A stretch of DNA of 64,000 nucleotides from Myxococcota bacterium (GTDB lineage: Bacteria > Myxococcota_A > Bradymonadia > UBA7976 > UBA1532). Shown piece after piece: positions 27,668-37,428 of this stretch. Below the pieces are notes generated by a model, which made no database searches, was not told where the DNA came from, and saw nothing but the letters and a program-made list of their open reading frames with translations. Positions within the stretch are counted from its first letter, which is position 1. The number at the start of each line of letters is the position of its first letter. The position numbers and the translations under genes were made by a program. The stretch is from NCBI GenBank assembly GCA_036337435.1, contig JAYZEG010000058.1, positions 64,001 through 128,000 on the forward strand. Direction: 5' to 3'.

Positions 27668-29208
27668 TCTCGCTCATGATCTTTTTTACGGTCTGCATTT
27701 TGCTCTAAACGCATGGCTTTCTCGTAAAAGCTCAATGCAGACCTATATTTTTTCAATTGGCGTAATGTACACGCCATGTGGAGTAAAATTTCCGGTTCAT
27801 TGGGCAGTCTCTGAAGCGACCGACGAAACAACCCTAATGCTTGTTCAAATCGACCACGTCGATAAAGAATCCAACCCAGGGAATCCAAATAAGCTGGATG
27901 CTCGGGCCTTTCCTTCAAAGCTCGATTCAATAGAATTTCGGCTCGGTCAAGATTCTCGCCTCGCTGAGCCCACTCATAGCCCATGTAATTGAGAGCTGGA
28001 GCGTGATTTGGGTCTAGCTCAAGTACAGTCTTGATTTCTTCAGTAAATCCATCGATATCACCTGTCTGATGTAAAGCGACTGCATAGGAAAATCGCAGTT
28101 CTGCGTCGGCCAGATATGAGCTCATCTCGATGGACAATTCAGATCGAGCCCTCGCATACATTTCTGCTCGCATGAGCCCCTTAATTAAATCGACAAAAAC
28201 ACCCCGATTTCGTGGAAATAAGGAGCGTCTCTGTCCAAGTATCGAAACAGCTCTTCGAGGCTCTCCCGCACGAAACCCGGCCTCCACCGCAACCTCAATC
28301 AACTTCGCTGGTGCGTAGGGATTGGGTATGATTGGCTCGGCGAGCTCAATCGCTTTCTTCCAGCGACCATTCGCAAATGCTGACAACAGAAGGCGCTCTC
28401 TCACCGTTATCAGCTCCGGTCGATGAACAATAAGCTTGCTGTAAAATAAAGGGATGGCTGGGGCTAATGTCGGAGAAACCATGGATTTCAGAAATCGGTC
28501 CATCACCCGAACCGGCCAATCCTTCAATGAATCAAATAGGACGTTGGCTGCCAGTGGATAATCCTTGGACAAACTTGTGAGGGCCAAAACAGAGCCAAAC
28601 ATTTTCCTCTTCAAAACCTGATTTGTCTGGTCTTTCTTGTCAGCTGTTTTCTTTAATAGCCGAAACGCACGATAGTGTGCTTCTGCGGCGGGTTTTAATC
28701 GTTTGCTTTCCCGATAAGCATCGCCCAGCATGATCCAGTCAGAAACCCGATTATCATCGAGTTCTGTCGCCACACGCAAATCCAAGACAGCTTCTTCAAA
28801 CTGTTTAGATTTAAATCGCCTTTGACCACGCTGAGACCAATACTCGGACATGCCTGTATTTTTAGACAATTGCGATTGAACACGCGTGCCGATGAGGGAC
28901 TCGACTAGAGGCCGTAAATCGCGATGGTGCTCGTTAAGGAGTGCTGCCTGCACGAGAGCGGCTTCAGCCCGCCCGAACTGCTCTTCTGCGATCCATGATT
29001 TGGCTGCCCAAATCCAGTGGTCTGCAGACGCATTCTTTTCGCCCAGCCTTTCATAAATCGTGGCCGCTCGAACAAAGTGCCTGTCGGCGTACGCTTGCTT
29101 AGCACTGCCCAAATCATAGACCAATGGTCGGCCTTGATGACCACCACATCCGAGACAGAGGACACACAGAAACGGAATGCTAAAATAATGACGGTAGGCT
29201 GTGACCAT
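27646..29208 (-). CDS. TPR-repeat lipoprotein
   Basis: Lipobox LCLGC; ALNYMGY, AYLDSLGW..YRRG, PEILLH TPR motifs. Confidence 0.85.
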   Translation of the reverse strand: MVTAYRHYFSIPFLCVLCLGCGGHQGRPLVYDLGSAKQAYADRHFVRAATIYERLGEKNASADHWIWAAKSWIAEEQFGRAEAALVQAALLNEHHRDLRPLVESLIGTRVQSQLSKNTGMSEYWSQRGQRRFKSKQFEEAVLDLRVATELDDNRVSDWIMLGDAYRESKRLKPAAEAHYRAFRLLKKTADKKDQTNQVLKRKMFGSVLALTSLSKDYPLAANVLFDSLKDWPVRVMDRFLKSMVSPTLAPAIPLFYSKLIVHRPELITVRERLLLSAFANGRWKKAIELAEPIIPNPYAPAKLIEVAVEAGFRAGEPRRAVSILGQRRSLFPRNRGVFVDLIKGLMRAEMYARARSELSIEMSSYLADAELRFSYAVALHQTGDIDGFTEEIKTVLELDPNHAPALNYMGYEWAQRGENLDRAEILLNRALKERPEHPAYLDSLGWILYRRGRFEQALGLFRRSLQRLPNEPEILLHMACTLRQLKKYRSALSFYEKAMRLEQNADRKKDHEREWKKIQN

Positions 29209-29226
29209 ATCGTGAGCAGTTTACTT

Positions 29227-30351
29227 TCAAAGTGTCGCGACTGGAATCATATCACCCGCATAGGGGAGCAAAAGAATATTATTTGCCCCTGCCTTTTGCA
29301 AAGCGTCTTCAATAGATGGAGAGTATTCGGCAAACGTTTCGCGAACAGCCTCTTCTGGCAAATCGCTTATGAGTATAATTTTATGGGTTTCAGGGAGAAG
29401 TGGTCGCAGGCCAAGACGATAGATACCCTCGTTGATCACGGCCGTTGGACCTAAACCATCTGCGCATTCGGCACAGAGAATAAGGGTTCCTCCAGGTTTC
29501 AATACTTGGGCTGCCGGTGGGATCAACTTACACGCCTGGTAGAGATTCATTGTCGTCGGAACTCTATCGGATACAATCACGGTCTCTGATTTATCAATAA
29601 CCTCAGTCTCATAAATGTGACGAGCCAGTTCAACACCCGCCCGGTGAGCAGTTACCGGATGCCCTGAGATGTAATGAACGACATCGTCCTCAATGTCCCG
29701 AATGACATTGATTATGTAGGACAGACCGGCCATCTCCGCCGCCTCTTCCATGTCGAGTCGACATGGATTTGTACTCACCTGACCGAGTCGAGCATTCGCC
29801 TCTGCTTTGAGTAGATGATTTTTCCAAATGCCGTCTTCACGAGCGACACCCGGAAACAAGGTCTTTGCCCCCCCGGAATAACCCGCAAAGTAATGAGGTT
29901 TAATTTCGCCCAGAAGAATCCTTAGGTCAGCCCTGATAACCACGTCAGGATATGCGACTGGGGTCTGTCTTTGTGTGTGACCTAAAAAAACTAAATCCGC
30001 GGCATTGGCATCATGGCACCAATGACTGAGCCCAGATGATTGACTCGGATGTTTTCCCGCCGCAATGCCGATTGACACCGATTTGCCCTCCAACATCGGA
30101 AGCAACTTCGGCAGAACCAGCGACGCAACATCGAAGCGGGTTTCATCAGGTATCAAAATAGCAATTGACGCAACGCGATTGAGGAGTTCGCTAAAGGGCT
30201 GACAACCGACGGGATGTCTTAATGTCGCATCCAAATCAGACGGAACGATGTCACGATGGCTGGACCTTCGCCTCACGAGTACTCGGGTTGACCTGGGCAG
30301 TCGGATCGAGCGCGGCTGCCGACCCCATCCGATGGTGAATCTTCGTGTCAT
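29227..30351 (-). CDS. LarA-family nickel-pincer-dependent racemase/epimerase
   Basis: PDETR, AAGKH, PHYFAGYSGGAK, NH, NLYQACK, AECADG motifs. Confidence 0.85.
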   Translation of the reverse strand: MTRRFTIGWGRQPRSIRLPRSTRVLVRRRSSHRDIVPSDLDATLRHPVGCQPFSELLNRVASIAILIPDETRFDVASLVLPKLLPMLEGKSVSIGIAAGKHPSQSSGLSHWCHDANAADLVFLGHTQRQTPVAYPDVVIRADLRILLGEIKPHYFAGYSGGAKTLFPGVAREDGIWKNHLLKAEANARLGQVSTNPCRLDMEEAAEMAGLSYIINVIRDIEDDVVHYISGHPVTAHRAGVELARHIYETEVIDKSETVIVSDRVPTTMNLYQACKLIPPAAQVLKPGGTLILCAECADGLGPTAVINEGIYRLGLRPLLPETHKIILISDLPEEAVRETFAEYSPSIEDALQKAGANNILLLPYAGDMIPVATL

Positions 30352-30568
30352 TTCAACTGATCAGTGGAATGGATTTTCGCACCTACTTTTGTCAAATATT
30401 AGCACGCGATGTCATCAGGATATCAATCTCTCTTAAGTGTGTCCTAGATTTTTCATAGAGCAACAGTGTATTAAGACAGGGACAACGAGAGCATCGGCAT
30501 GATTTAAGATTCAAATCGATGACATCGGGGTCCGTGTAAGCGGATTGGATAAAGGGCGTGGAGGACGA

Positions 30569-31330
30569 ATGAAGCTGGCTGCTGCAGGGCGAACTCATGT
30601 TGGTATGAAGCGCGCTCATAATGAGGACTCCCTCAGGCTATGCCGTGAGGAGGGCTTATTCATTGTTGCCGACGGAATGGGGGGCCATGCGTCAGGCGAA
30701 GTTGCAAGTCAAATGTCAGTCGAAACTCTCGCCGAATTCTTTCGGGCAACTGCGGATGACGACGAAATCACGTGGCCCTACAAGATGGAGAAAGATCGGC
30801 GCTACGATGAAGGTCGCATTATGACCGGAATTAAGCTCAGCAACCGGCGAATCTTCGAATCGGCAAGTCGGGACTCTCGTCTTAAAGGCATGGGTACGAC
30901 CATTGTTGCTACATTTTTCAACGAGAAAGAATGCTATATCGGACATGTCGGCGATAGTCGCGTTTACCGATTCCGCGATGGAAAGCTGATGCAACTTACA
31001 GAAGATCACTCGTTGCTCAACGACTACATTAAGATGCGACAGCTCACACCCGAAGAAATTGAGGCGTTTCCACATAAAAATGTAATTGTTCGCGCACTGG
31101 GCATGAAAGAAACTGTTCAGGTTGATGTGCTTACCGAAGCTCCGCAATCGGGCGATGTTTATCTCCTCTGCTCTGACGGCTTGTCAGGCATGGTCACCGA
31201 TGAAAATATGGAACATATCCTGAAGCAAGGCGATGACCTAGATTTGTCATGCGAACGTCTCATCGATGCCGCCAATGACAACGGTGGCACTGACAACATC
31301 ACAGTCATCCTCATCAAGTGTCTTGACTAA
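30569..31330 (+). CDS. PP2C-family Ser/Thr protein phosphatase (Stp1/Pph1-like)
   Basis: THVGMKRAHNED, VADGMGGH, GMGTT, HVGDSR, CSDGL, GGTDNIT; GGAGG SD. Confidence 0.95.
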   Translation: MKLAAAGRTHVGMKRAHNEDSLRLCREEGLFIVADGMGGHASGEVASQMSVETLAEFFRATADDDEITWPYKMEKDRRYDEGRIMTGIKLSNRRIFESASRDSRLKGMGTTIVATFFNEKECYIGHVGDSRVYRFRDGKLMQLTEDHSLLNDYIKMRQLTPEEIEAFPHKNVIVRALGMKETVQVDVLTEAPQSGDVYLLCSDGLSGMVTDENMEHILKQGDDLDLSCERLIDAANDNGGTDNITVILIKCLD

Positions 31331-31349
31331 GCAAATTGACGGGACGATT

Positions 31350-32351
31350 TCATTTGTAGATGACGGTGTTGCAGGTCGATTCCGCCACGCTTAGATTCGG
31401 CCATATGACAGTGTTGCTCAACTCGACACCAGACAATACTTTGACACCATGATCAACAAACGTGTACGGGCCAACCGATGCGCCTGCCTCAATGTGGGCA
31501 TCAGGCATGATCACACAAGGACCAATGATCGTTGCACTGCTGTCAACGCGAGCCTTCTCGGATATCCTGCGGCCTTGTGAATCAGCACACGGCAAATGAG
31601 ACACAAAGAAGTGTCCATCAAGAATTTGACGATGCGCATCAAGATAACGGTCGATATTGCCCACATCAATCCACTGACTATCTGGTCGCATGAATTGACC
31701 AAAGATCGGCCCTTTCTGTTTCAGAACGGCCTGGTAAGCGGTCCGCAGAACATCGCAAGGCCCATCGGAAATCATTCGGATTAAACTTGGTTCGATAATC
31801 TGAACCCCAGTGAATGCGCCGTAGAACAAAGTCAGCGAGTCAGCACCAGGGGCATCCATTTCAGCGATTCTATGCAATCGTCCAGTTCCGTCGATGCCCA
31901 CCCGACCAAAAGGCGCACCAGGTTCTACATATCTCAAAAGAAGCGTACCCATTGCGCCATTTTCGTAGTGTTTTTCGAGAGCCGGCCCGATATCGAAATC
32001 GAATAGCGCGTCGCCATTAATGACAACTAAAGTGGAATTGGGTCGATGTCTTGCGAGCTCCCGGATTCCACCACCCGTTCCCTGCAAATCTGCCTCTTCA
32101 ACTACATAGATGTCCGGCCTCAGTCGGGATGTATAATCGGAAACCTGATCAGCCAGGTGATAAGAATTAACACCAATGGTGTCAATCCCGAGTCGAGTGA
32201 GATGACCGATGCAATAATCGATGAGTGGACGACCCGCAATAGGAACTAATGGCTTTGGACGACTATGAGTCAGCGGTCTCATTCTCGTTCCTAAACCAGC
32301 GGCCAGAATGGCACCTGAAATTGTCATAATTCGGTCCGTTAAAGTATCCAT
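31350..32351 (-). CDS. Nucleotidyltransferase / NDP-sugar pyrophosphorylase with C-terminal left-handed beta-helix
   Basis: LAAGLGTRMRPLT..PKPL, GTGGG, INGD, WIDVG, hexapeptide repeats; start could be 32327. Confidence 0.87.
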   Translation of the reverse strand: MDTLTDRIMTISGAILAAGLGTRMRPLTHSRPKPLVPIAGRPLIDYCIGHLTRLGIDTIGVNSYHLADQVSDYTSRLRPDIYVVEEADLQGTGGGIRELARHRPNSTLVVINGDALFDFDIGPALEKHYENGAMGTLLLRYVEPGAPFGRVGIDGTGRLHRIAEMDAPGADSLTLFYGAFTGVQIIEPSLIRMISDGPCDVLRTAYQAVLKQKGPIFGQFMRPDSQWIDVGNIDRYLDAHRQILDGHFFVSHLPCADSQGRRISEKARVDSSATIIGPCVIMPDAHIEAGASVGPYTFVDHGVKVLSGVELSNTVIWPNLSVAESTCNTVIYK

Positions 32352-32438
32352 GTTAAGGGTGAGTCCCATAACCTCTCGCCCAATTGCAAGCCTTCAGGGT
32401 AACCTATACAAAGTCGACAAAGATTGCTTGAGTTCAAG

Positions 32439-34403
32439 ATGATGATTACCCAGCTCCCACCACACCTATCCGCTTTGAGAGTTACGTGGTCTTTGTTGTG
32501 CGCATTCCTTGTTATAAGCGCGTCGGGATGCCATCGCCCGGATAATTCATTGAGGCCACCTCCGGCGGTTGATCTCGAGGACGGAGGCAGCTTAGAACGA
32601 CACGAATGGAGTCTGATTCTCGACCTCCGTATTCCTTTCTCTGACAATCCAGCCACGGGACCCTATACCATCTTGGTTATGGAGACAGAGACCGATCAGG
32701 TGGTGCTACAAATTGACGTCCCATTTATTGACACATGGCCGCATACCATTCGATCAGACAAACAATTGAGGGGCTCTCATCAATTGGTCGCCTTTCTTGA
32801 CAGAAACGCTGATGGACAATTTGATAACTGCCCGTTCCCATCCACCATGAATGCGACGGAGTCCGCCGATCAATTTGACAATATTCAATCGACAAAAACA
32901 GTTACATTCCCGCTCAATAACAGCGTTGAGCTCAATTTTGAGCGCCGCATCTGCGGACCGGGTGTGATGGCCACGAAACTCGTAGGAAGCATCGAAGGGC
33001 TCGACTTCCCGACAGACGGACCCCTCAGACTAACGGCTGTCAATCGACAGGACGATTCAGTAATCAGGGTTCAGGTCGTGCCCTACACCGATCAAAGCAC
33101 AAATTCGGTGCGCTTCGAAATTCCTGAATTTTTGCCTGGGGTCTATGACGTAACTCTCTTTACTGACGAGGATGATGACTTCAATCCAACATCGTGCGAT
33201 GCGCTTTTCGGAGGGGCTGATAGACATGTAGCCTCGCCCGTCTCCGTCACTATCCTCGACGGTGTATCAAATGAGGTCGATGCACCATTTCAATTCAGCC
33301 CGTCAGTATGTCCGGAGCGATTGACCGGGGTGTCCGGGTCCATTGGTTTTGGCTCCACCATCCCTATTGGTGATCTAAACCAATCATCGCTATCTGGACT
33401 CGTGGAAGGAAAACTCTGGATTAATCTGTATCCGCTCGACGATAACTCTGAGTCTATCGATGTCCCGATCGAAACTGATCTCCTCGCTCGGAGTGGACCA
33501 TTGAAGTACACGGTTACAGGCGTGCCAACCGGTCTCTGGAGACTGACGGCCTATATCGATCGAGATGAGGACCGATTCTTCAGTCCATGCAACACTGTTG
33601 GCGGAGGCCTGGATGCGATTTCTGGGTCTGTGGACTCTATCCGAATTCAACCAGAAGAAATTAGCCGAACCGGAGACGTTGTCCTCGACGTCATCGAATG
33701 CGACGAATCGAGCCTCAGTGCGGTGCGGGGGGAACTGACCATTGTCGGAGAGAGCGGGCCTATCGGCAGTGGTCGACGGGTCAACCTACACGTGACCAAA
33801 TCAGACCAAGTTGGCGATTCCCAAACGATTACAATTTTCGAAAACCATAACGACCACATTGGCGCAACAAGCCAATTTTTAAAACAGCTGAATCCAGGTC
33901 AGTACACTGGCCAATTCTTTGTCGACACAACACGTGACGCTCTATTCAATACGTGTACACCAGACACATATGGTGACCGCTATGTGAGCCAGGATATTGC
34001 CTTTGATATTTCAGAAAACACGATTACGGAGCTGGGTTCATTCGTGCTGACGCCGGCCGCTGACTGCCATGACGCAAGCCAAGAGGTCCAGATTGTTGTG
34101 GACGCCTCGAATGTGTCAACCGTCATCCCGCAAGACATGTATCTACTTGTTTCGGAATCGGGTGGCTGGACGGAGATCTTCTCACTTCGTGATCAAAACC
34201 TAGGTGCCTCGTTTAGCGTGGGCACATTTCCTCCCGGAGATTACCGACTCACCGTTTTCCAAGATGCCAATTCCAACGGCTCCTTCGACGATTGTGATCT
34301 CGATGGTCTAGACACGGTCTATGGAACAACCGTCTTGGAAATTGATGCCGATTTATCGCCGCCCGAAACACGAATTAACTTACGGATAAACTGCACCCAA
34401 TAA
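32439..34403 (+). CDS. Lipoprotein with five repeated beta-domains bearing DxDxD-like loops
   Basis: Lipobox-like SASGC; five copies of G-x-[YWH]-x4-[FY]-x-D-x3-[DN]...C. Confidence 0.7.
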   Translation: MMITQLPPHLSALRVTWSLLCAFLVISASGCHRPDNSLRPPPAVDLEDGGSLERHEWSLILDLRIPFSDNPATGPYTILVMETETDQVVLQIDVPFIDTWPHTIRSDKQLRGSHQLVAFLDRNADGQFDNCPFPSTMNATESADQFDNIQSTKTVTFPLNNSVELNFERRICGPGVMATKLVGSIEGLDFPTDGPLRLTAVNRQDDSVIRVQVVPYTDQSTNSVRFEIPEFLPGVYDVTLFTDEDDDFNPTSCDALFGGADRHVASPVSVTILDGVSNEVDAPFQFSPSVCPERLTGVSGSIGFGSTIPIGDLNQSSLSGLVEGKLWINLYPLDDNSESIDVPIETDLLARSGPLKYTVTGVPTGLWRLTAYIDRDEDRFFSPCNTVGGGLDAISGSVDSIRIQPEEISRTGDVVLDVIECDESSLSAVRGELTIVGESGPIGSGRRVNLHVTKSDQVGDSQTITIFENHNDHIGATSQFLKQLNPGQYTGQFFVDTTRDALFNTCTPDTYGDRYVSQDIAFDISENTITELGSFVLTPAADCHDASQEVQIVVDASNVSTVIPQDMYLLVSESGGWTEIFSLRDQNLGASFSVGTFPPGDYRLTVFQDANSNGSFDDCDLDGLDTVYGTTVLEIDADLSPPETRINLRINCTQ

Positions 34404-34410
34404 AGCCGCG

Positions 34411-34439
34411 TTGACACAAAACAAAGCCCTCCTTATATT
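34411..34439 (+). promoter_or_regulatory. Sigma70-type promoter TTGACA-N17-TATATT
   Basis: Consensus -35, 17-bp spacer, 5/6 -10, about 40 bp upstream of the GT2 ATG. Confidence 0.7.
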
Positions 34440-34480
34440 ACCGAAATTTTGTTTTTGTAATGGTTATTTGAGCCCTACCC

Positions 34481-35989
34481 ATGACCCCAATCGATGTGAC
34501 AATCCTAGTGCTTCACTTCTTCGTGTTGGGCCTACTCGTTATTTTTGGGCTCCATCGATACACTTTACTTAAACTCACGCTCAAACACCGGAAGAGTGCT
34601 GATCCCAGTGCACCTCCGCCAAAAGAATATCCGAAGGTAACCGTTCAATTACCGATCTACAATGAACGGTATGTGGTGCGTCGTTTAATCGACCATGTCT
34701 GTCGATTGGACTATCCTTCTGATCGACTCGAAATACAGGTTTTGGACGATTCTGATGATGACACGTCGAAACTCATCCAAACCGCTGTGCTTGACTGGCA
34801 GCAACGCAACATTAACATCATTCACGTGCAAAGAGCCGAGCGGACAGGATTTAAGGCTGGGGCTCTCGATTACGGCATGCAAATCGCCAAAGGCGAGTTG
34901 ATTGCTATTTTCGACGCCGACTTCATTCCAGAAAAACAATTCCTCAAGACGGTTGTATGCCATTTTGAACGCGCTGAGGTTGGTATGGTACAGGCGCGTT
35001 GGGAACACATAAATCGGTCTCAATCGCTCCTCACTCGCGCGCAGGCCATCCTGTTGGATGGTCATTTTCAAATCGAACACTTTGCGCGAAATCGGGCCGG
35101 ACTGTTTTTCAATTTTAATGGCACGGCGGGCATTTGGCGCAAGGCTTGTATTTCAAGTGCCGGTGGCTGGCAGCATGATACCATTACGGAAGATTTAGAC
35201 CTCTCGTATAGAGCGCAACTCAAAGGTTGGAAGTTTATTTATCTGCGGGACCTGAGCGTTCCTGCAGAGTTGCCAGGTGATATGAATGCATTCAAAACAC
35301 AACAACATCGTTGGGCAAAAGGATCAATTCAAGTCGCTCGGAAGCAGTTGAAGACCATCATCAAGAGCGAACAGCCATGGCGAGTCAAACTCGAAGCCGT
35401 TCTGCATCTTACCAATAATTTTGCCTACGTATTGTTAGCCATCATGTCACTGTTAATGCCTCTGGCGATACGGATTCGAGTTCAACATGACTGGCACGAA
35501 GTACTGTACGTGGACCTTCCTATTTTCTTGGGGGCCACGCTGTCTGTCTTCTCGTTCTATCTTATAAGCCAACGCTCGAACCAAATGAGTTGGGCTCGAA
35601 AATGTCTAGAGATACCCATTGCAATGGCCATTGGAATTGGGCTTGCGGTGAATAATACGCGAGCGGTGTTCGAAGCATGTATAGGACACCAAAGCCCCTT
35701 TGCTCGAACACCCAAACTGGCTTTATCCAATGGTGAGAAGGGCCATCGATCGAGCACAAACCAAAGCTATAAAAGCCGATTCGATTTTGGCAGTCTCGTC
35801 GAGGTTGGACTCGGTCTTATCTATCTGCAAACCCTCATCTATTGTTGCGTGGAAGAGATCTACCCAGCCCTACCTTTCATGGGTCTTTTTGCCTTTGGAT
35901 TTCTCTATACGGCGGCATCTAGCATCCAACAGTCAATTCGCAATCGGTCCCAATCAAGACGGACGATCCAAACTCAACAATCCGCATGA
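34481..35989 (+). CDS. Membrane GT2 glycosyltransferase (cellulose-synthase-like)
   Basis: QLPIYNE, LDDS, FKAGAL, FDADF, TEDLD, QQHRW (D,D,D,QxxRW); TM helices. Confidence 0.92.
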   Translation: MTPIDVTILVLHFFVLGLLVIFGLHRYTLLKLTLKHRKSADPSAPPPKEYPKVTVQLPIYNERYVVRRLIDHVCRLDYPSDRLEIQVLDDSDDDTSKLIQTAVLDWQQRNINIIHVQRAERTGFKAGALDYGMQIAKGELIAIFDADFIPEKQFLKTVVCHFERAEVGMVQARWEHINRSQSLLTRAQAILLDGHFQIEHFARNRAGLFFNFNGTAGIWRKACISSAGGWQHDTITEDLDLSYRAQLKGWKFIYLRDLSVPAELPGDMNAFKTQQHRWAKGSIQVARKQLKTIIKSEQPWRVKLEAVLHLTNNFAYVLLAIMSLLMPLAIRIRVQHDWHEVLYVDLPIFLGATLSVFSFYLISQRSNQMSWARKCLEIPIAMAIGIGLAVNNTRAVFEACIGHQSPFARTPKLALSNGEKGHRSSTNQSYKSRFDFGSLVEVGLGLIYLQTLIYCCVEEIYPALPFMGLFAFGFLYTAASSIQQSIRNRSQSRRTIQTQQSA

Positions 35990-37428
35990 TCAAGGGTCGC
36001 TACGGTGATTTATCACCACTTCTATTCGGGGTTTTAGCAGGACTCACTCCACCGTTGCTGTTTTTTTCAGCGAGTTCAGCTGGGTTACATTCACAATATG
36101 CGCTCATTTATGGATACGGGCTTGCTGGAATCCCCTTCTACATCATGTGGATCAAGGTAGAAAAACTACCCCAAGAGAGAACCACGCTTCTGGCGATTTT
36201 AACTCTTGCGGCTTGTGTCCGTTTTTTGAGCCTCACCGTACCGCCACTACTATCAGAAGACCTTTGGAGGTACATATGGGACGGGTCTATAAGCTGGAAT
36301 CATATCAACCCCTACACCTACGCACCCAATGATCCAAGCCTCGATCTCTTAAGTCGGACCGAGAATCTCTCGATGGTTCGAGATCAAATAGGCCACGGGG
36401 AAATCCCGACTATTTATCCTCCGGGTGCACAGCTTATTTTTGCCCTCGCAACCAGCGGGGGTCCATCCCAAATGATGATGAGAACAATGATGATAGCTGG
36501 GGATCTCATCAGTATTTTTATGATTTGGAAACTTGCTGAAATTCGGAAAATACATCCTGGCTGCTCTGCTTTATATGCGTTCCTCCCCCTGGCATGTATG
36601 GAGTCAAGCATTGGAGGTCATGTTGATTCGGTTGGTATCGCATTTCTTCTGACAGGGGCTTATTTTTCAGCGAATAGACGCTTATTACTGGCGGCAATTT
36701 CGCTGACTTTCGCAGCTGGAATTAAATTGGCTCCCTTGGTTCTACTGATCTTTCTCTTTCGACAAAACAAGCGCCTCTTCTGGTCTTTATTGTCCGTCAC
36801 AGGAGCCTTTATTCTATGGTCTGCAATCCAATATCAAACGTACCCCAAGGGTCTTGTTGCGTTCGCTCATAAATGGCGGGGAAATGATGGCTTATTTGGC
36901 CTGATTTATGCTGTATCCGAAATGAGCATACCGGTCTTTTCAGAAATAATTCGGACGTCACCGTGGGCTACGAAGATCGTTTATGTATTGGTCGGTGGGG
37001 ACACAATCAATCCGCTCACGAACTCTCAGTGCGCGTTTGCATTGAGCAAAATTTGCGTTCTATTCATCCTCGGCTTAATGACGCTGTGGACGCTTTTAAA
37101 ATGTACTAACTTGCTCAATGCCTGGTGGCTTTTCATGGGTACTCTGTTGCTAATTTCCCCCATGGTGCACCCGTGGTACTTAGTTTGGGTACTTCCAATT
37201 TGCTGCTTGGCCAATGGCGATGAGTCCAAACGCTTTGCCCAAGCGTTCATTGTCTGGGGACTTGTTTGCTGGCTAGCATACTTGCCCAGACCACAATACC
37301 TCGAGACAGGCATCTGGACTGAGCAAGCCTGGATTAAAGTACTCGAATATGGTCCAGTTTGGAGTTTACTCATCATGGCAATCATTGGTCATTTTCGAAC
37401 GAATCGAGTCCAGGCGAAGCGCGATTAA
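35986..37428 (+). CDS. GT-C-fold membrane glycosyltransferase (GT87/DUF2029-like)
   Basis: SEDLWRYIWDG..NPY, PTIYPP, GHVD, K, HPWY motifs; many TM helices; ATGA overlap with GT2. Confidence 0.78.
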   Translation: MIKGRYGDLSPLLFGVLAGLTPPLLFFSASSAGLHSQYALIYGYGLAGIPFYIMWIKVEKLPQERTTLLAILTLAACVRFLSLTVPPLLSEDLWRYIWDGSISWNHINPYTYAPNDPSLDLLSRTENLSMVRDQIGHGEIPTIYPPGAQLIFALATSGGPSQMMMRTMMIAGDLISIFMIWKLAEIRKIHPGCSALYAFLPLACMESSIGGHVDSVGIAFLLTGAYFSANRRLLLAAISLTFAAGIKLAPLVLLIFLFRQNKRLFWSLLSVTGAFILWSAIQYQTYPKGLVAFAHKWRGNDGLFGLIYAVSEMSIPVFSEIIRTSPWATKIVYVLVGGDTINPLTNSQCAFALSKICVLFILGLMTLWTLLKCTNLLNAWWLFMGTLLLISPMVHPWYLVWVLPICCLANGDESKRFAQAFIVWGLVCWLAYLPRPQYLETGIWTEQAWIKVLEYGPVWSLLIMAIIGHFRTNRVQAKRD

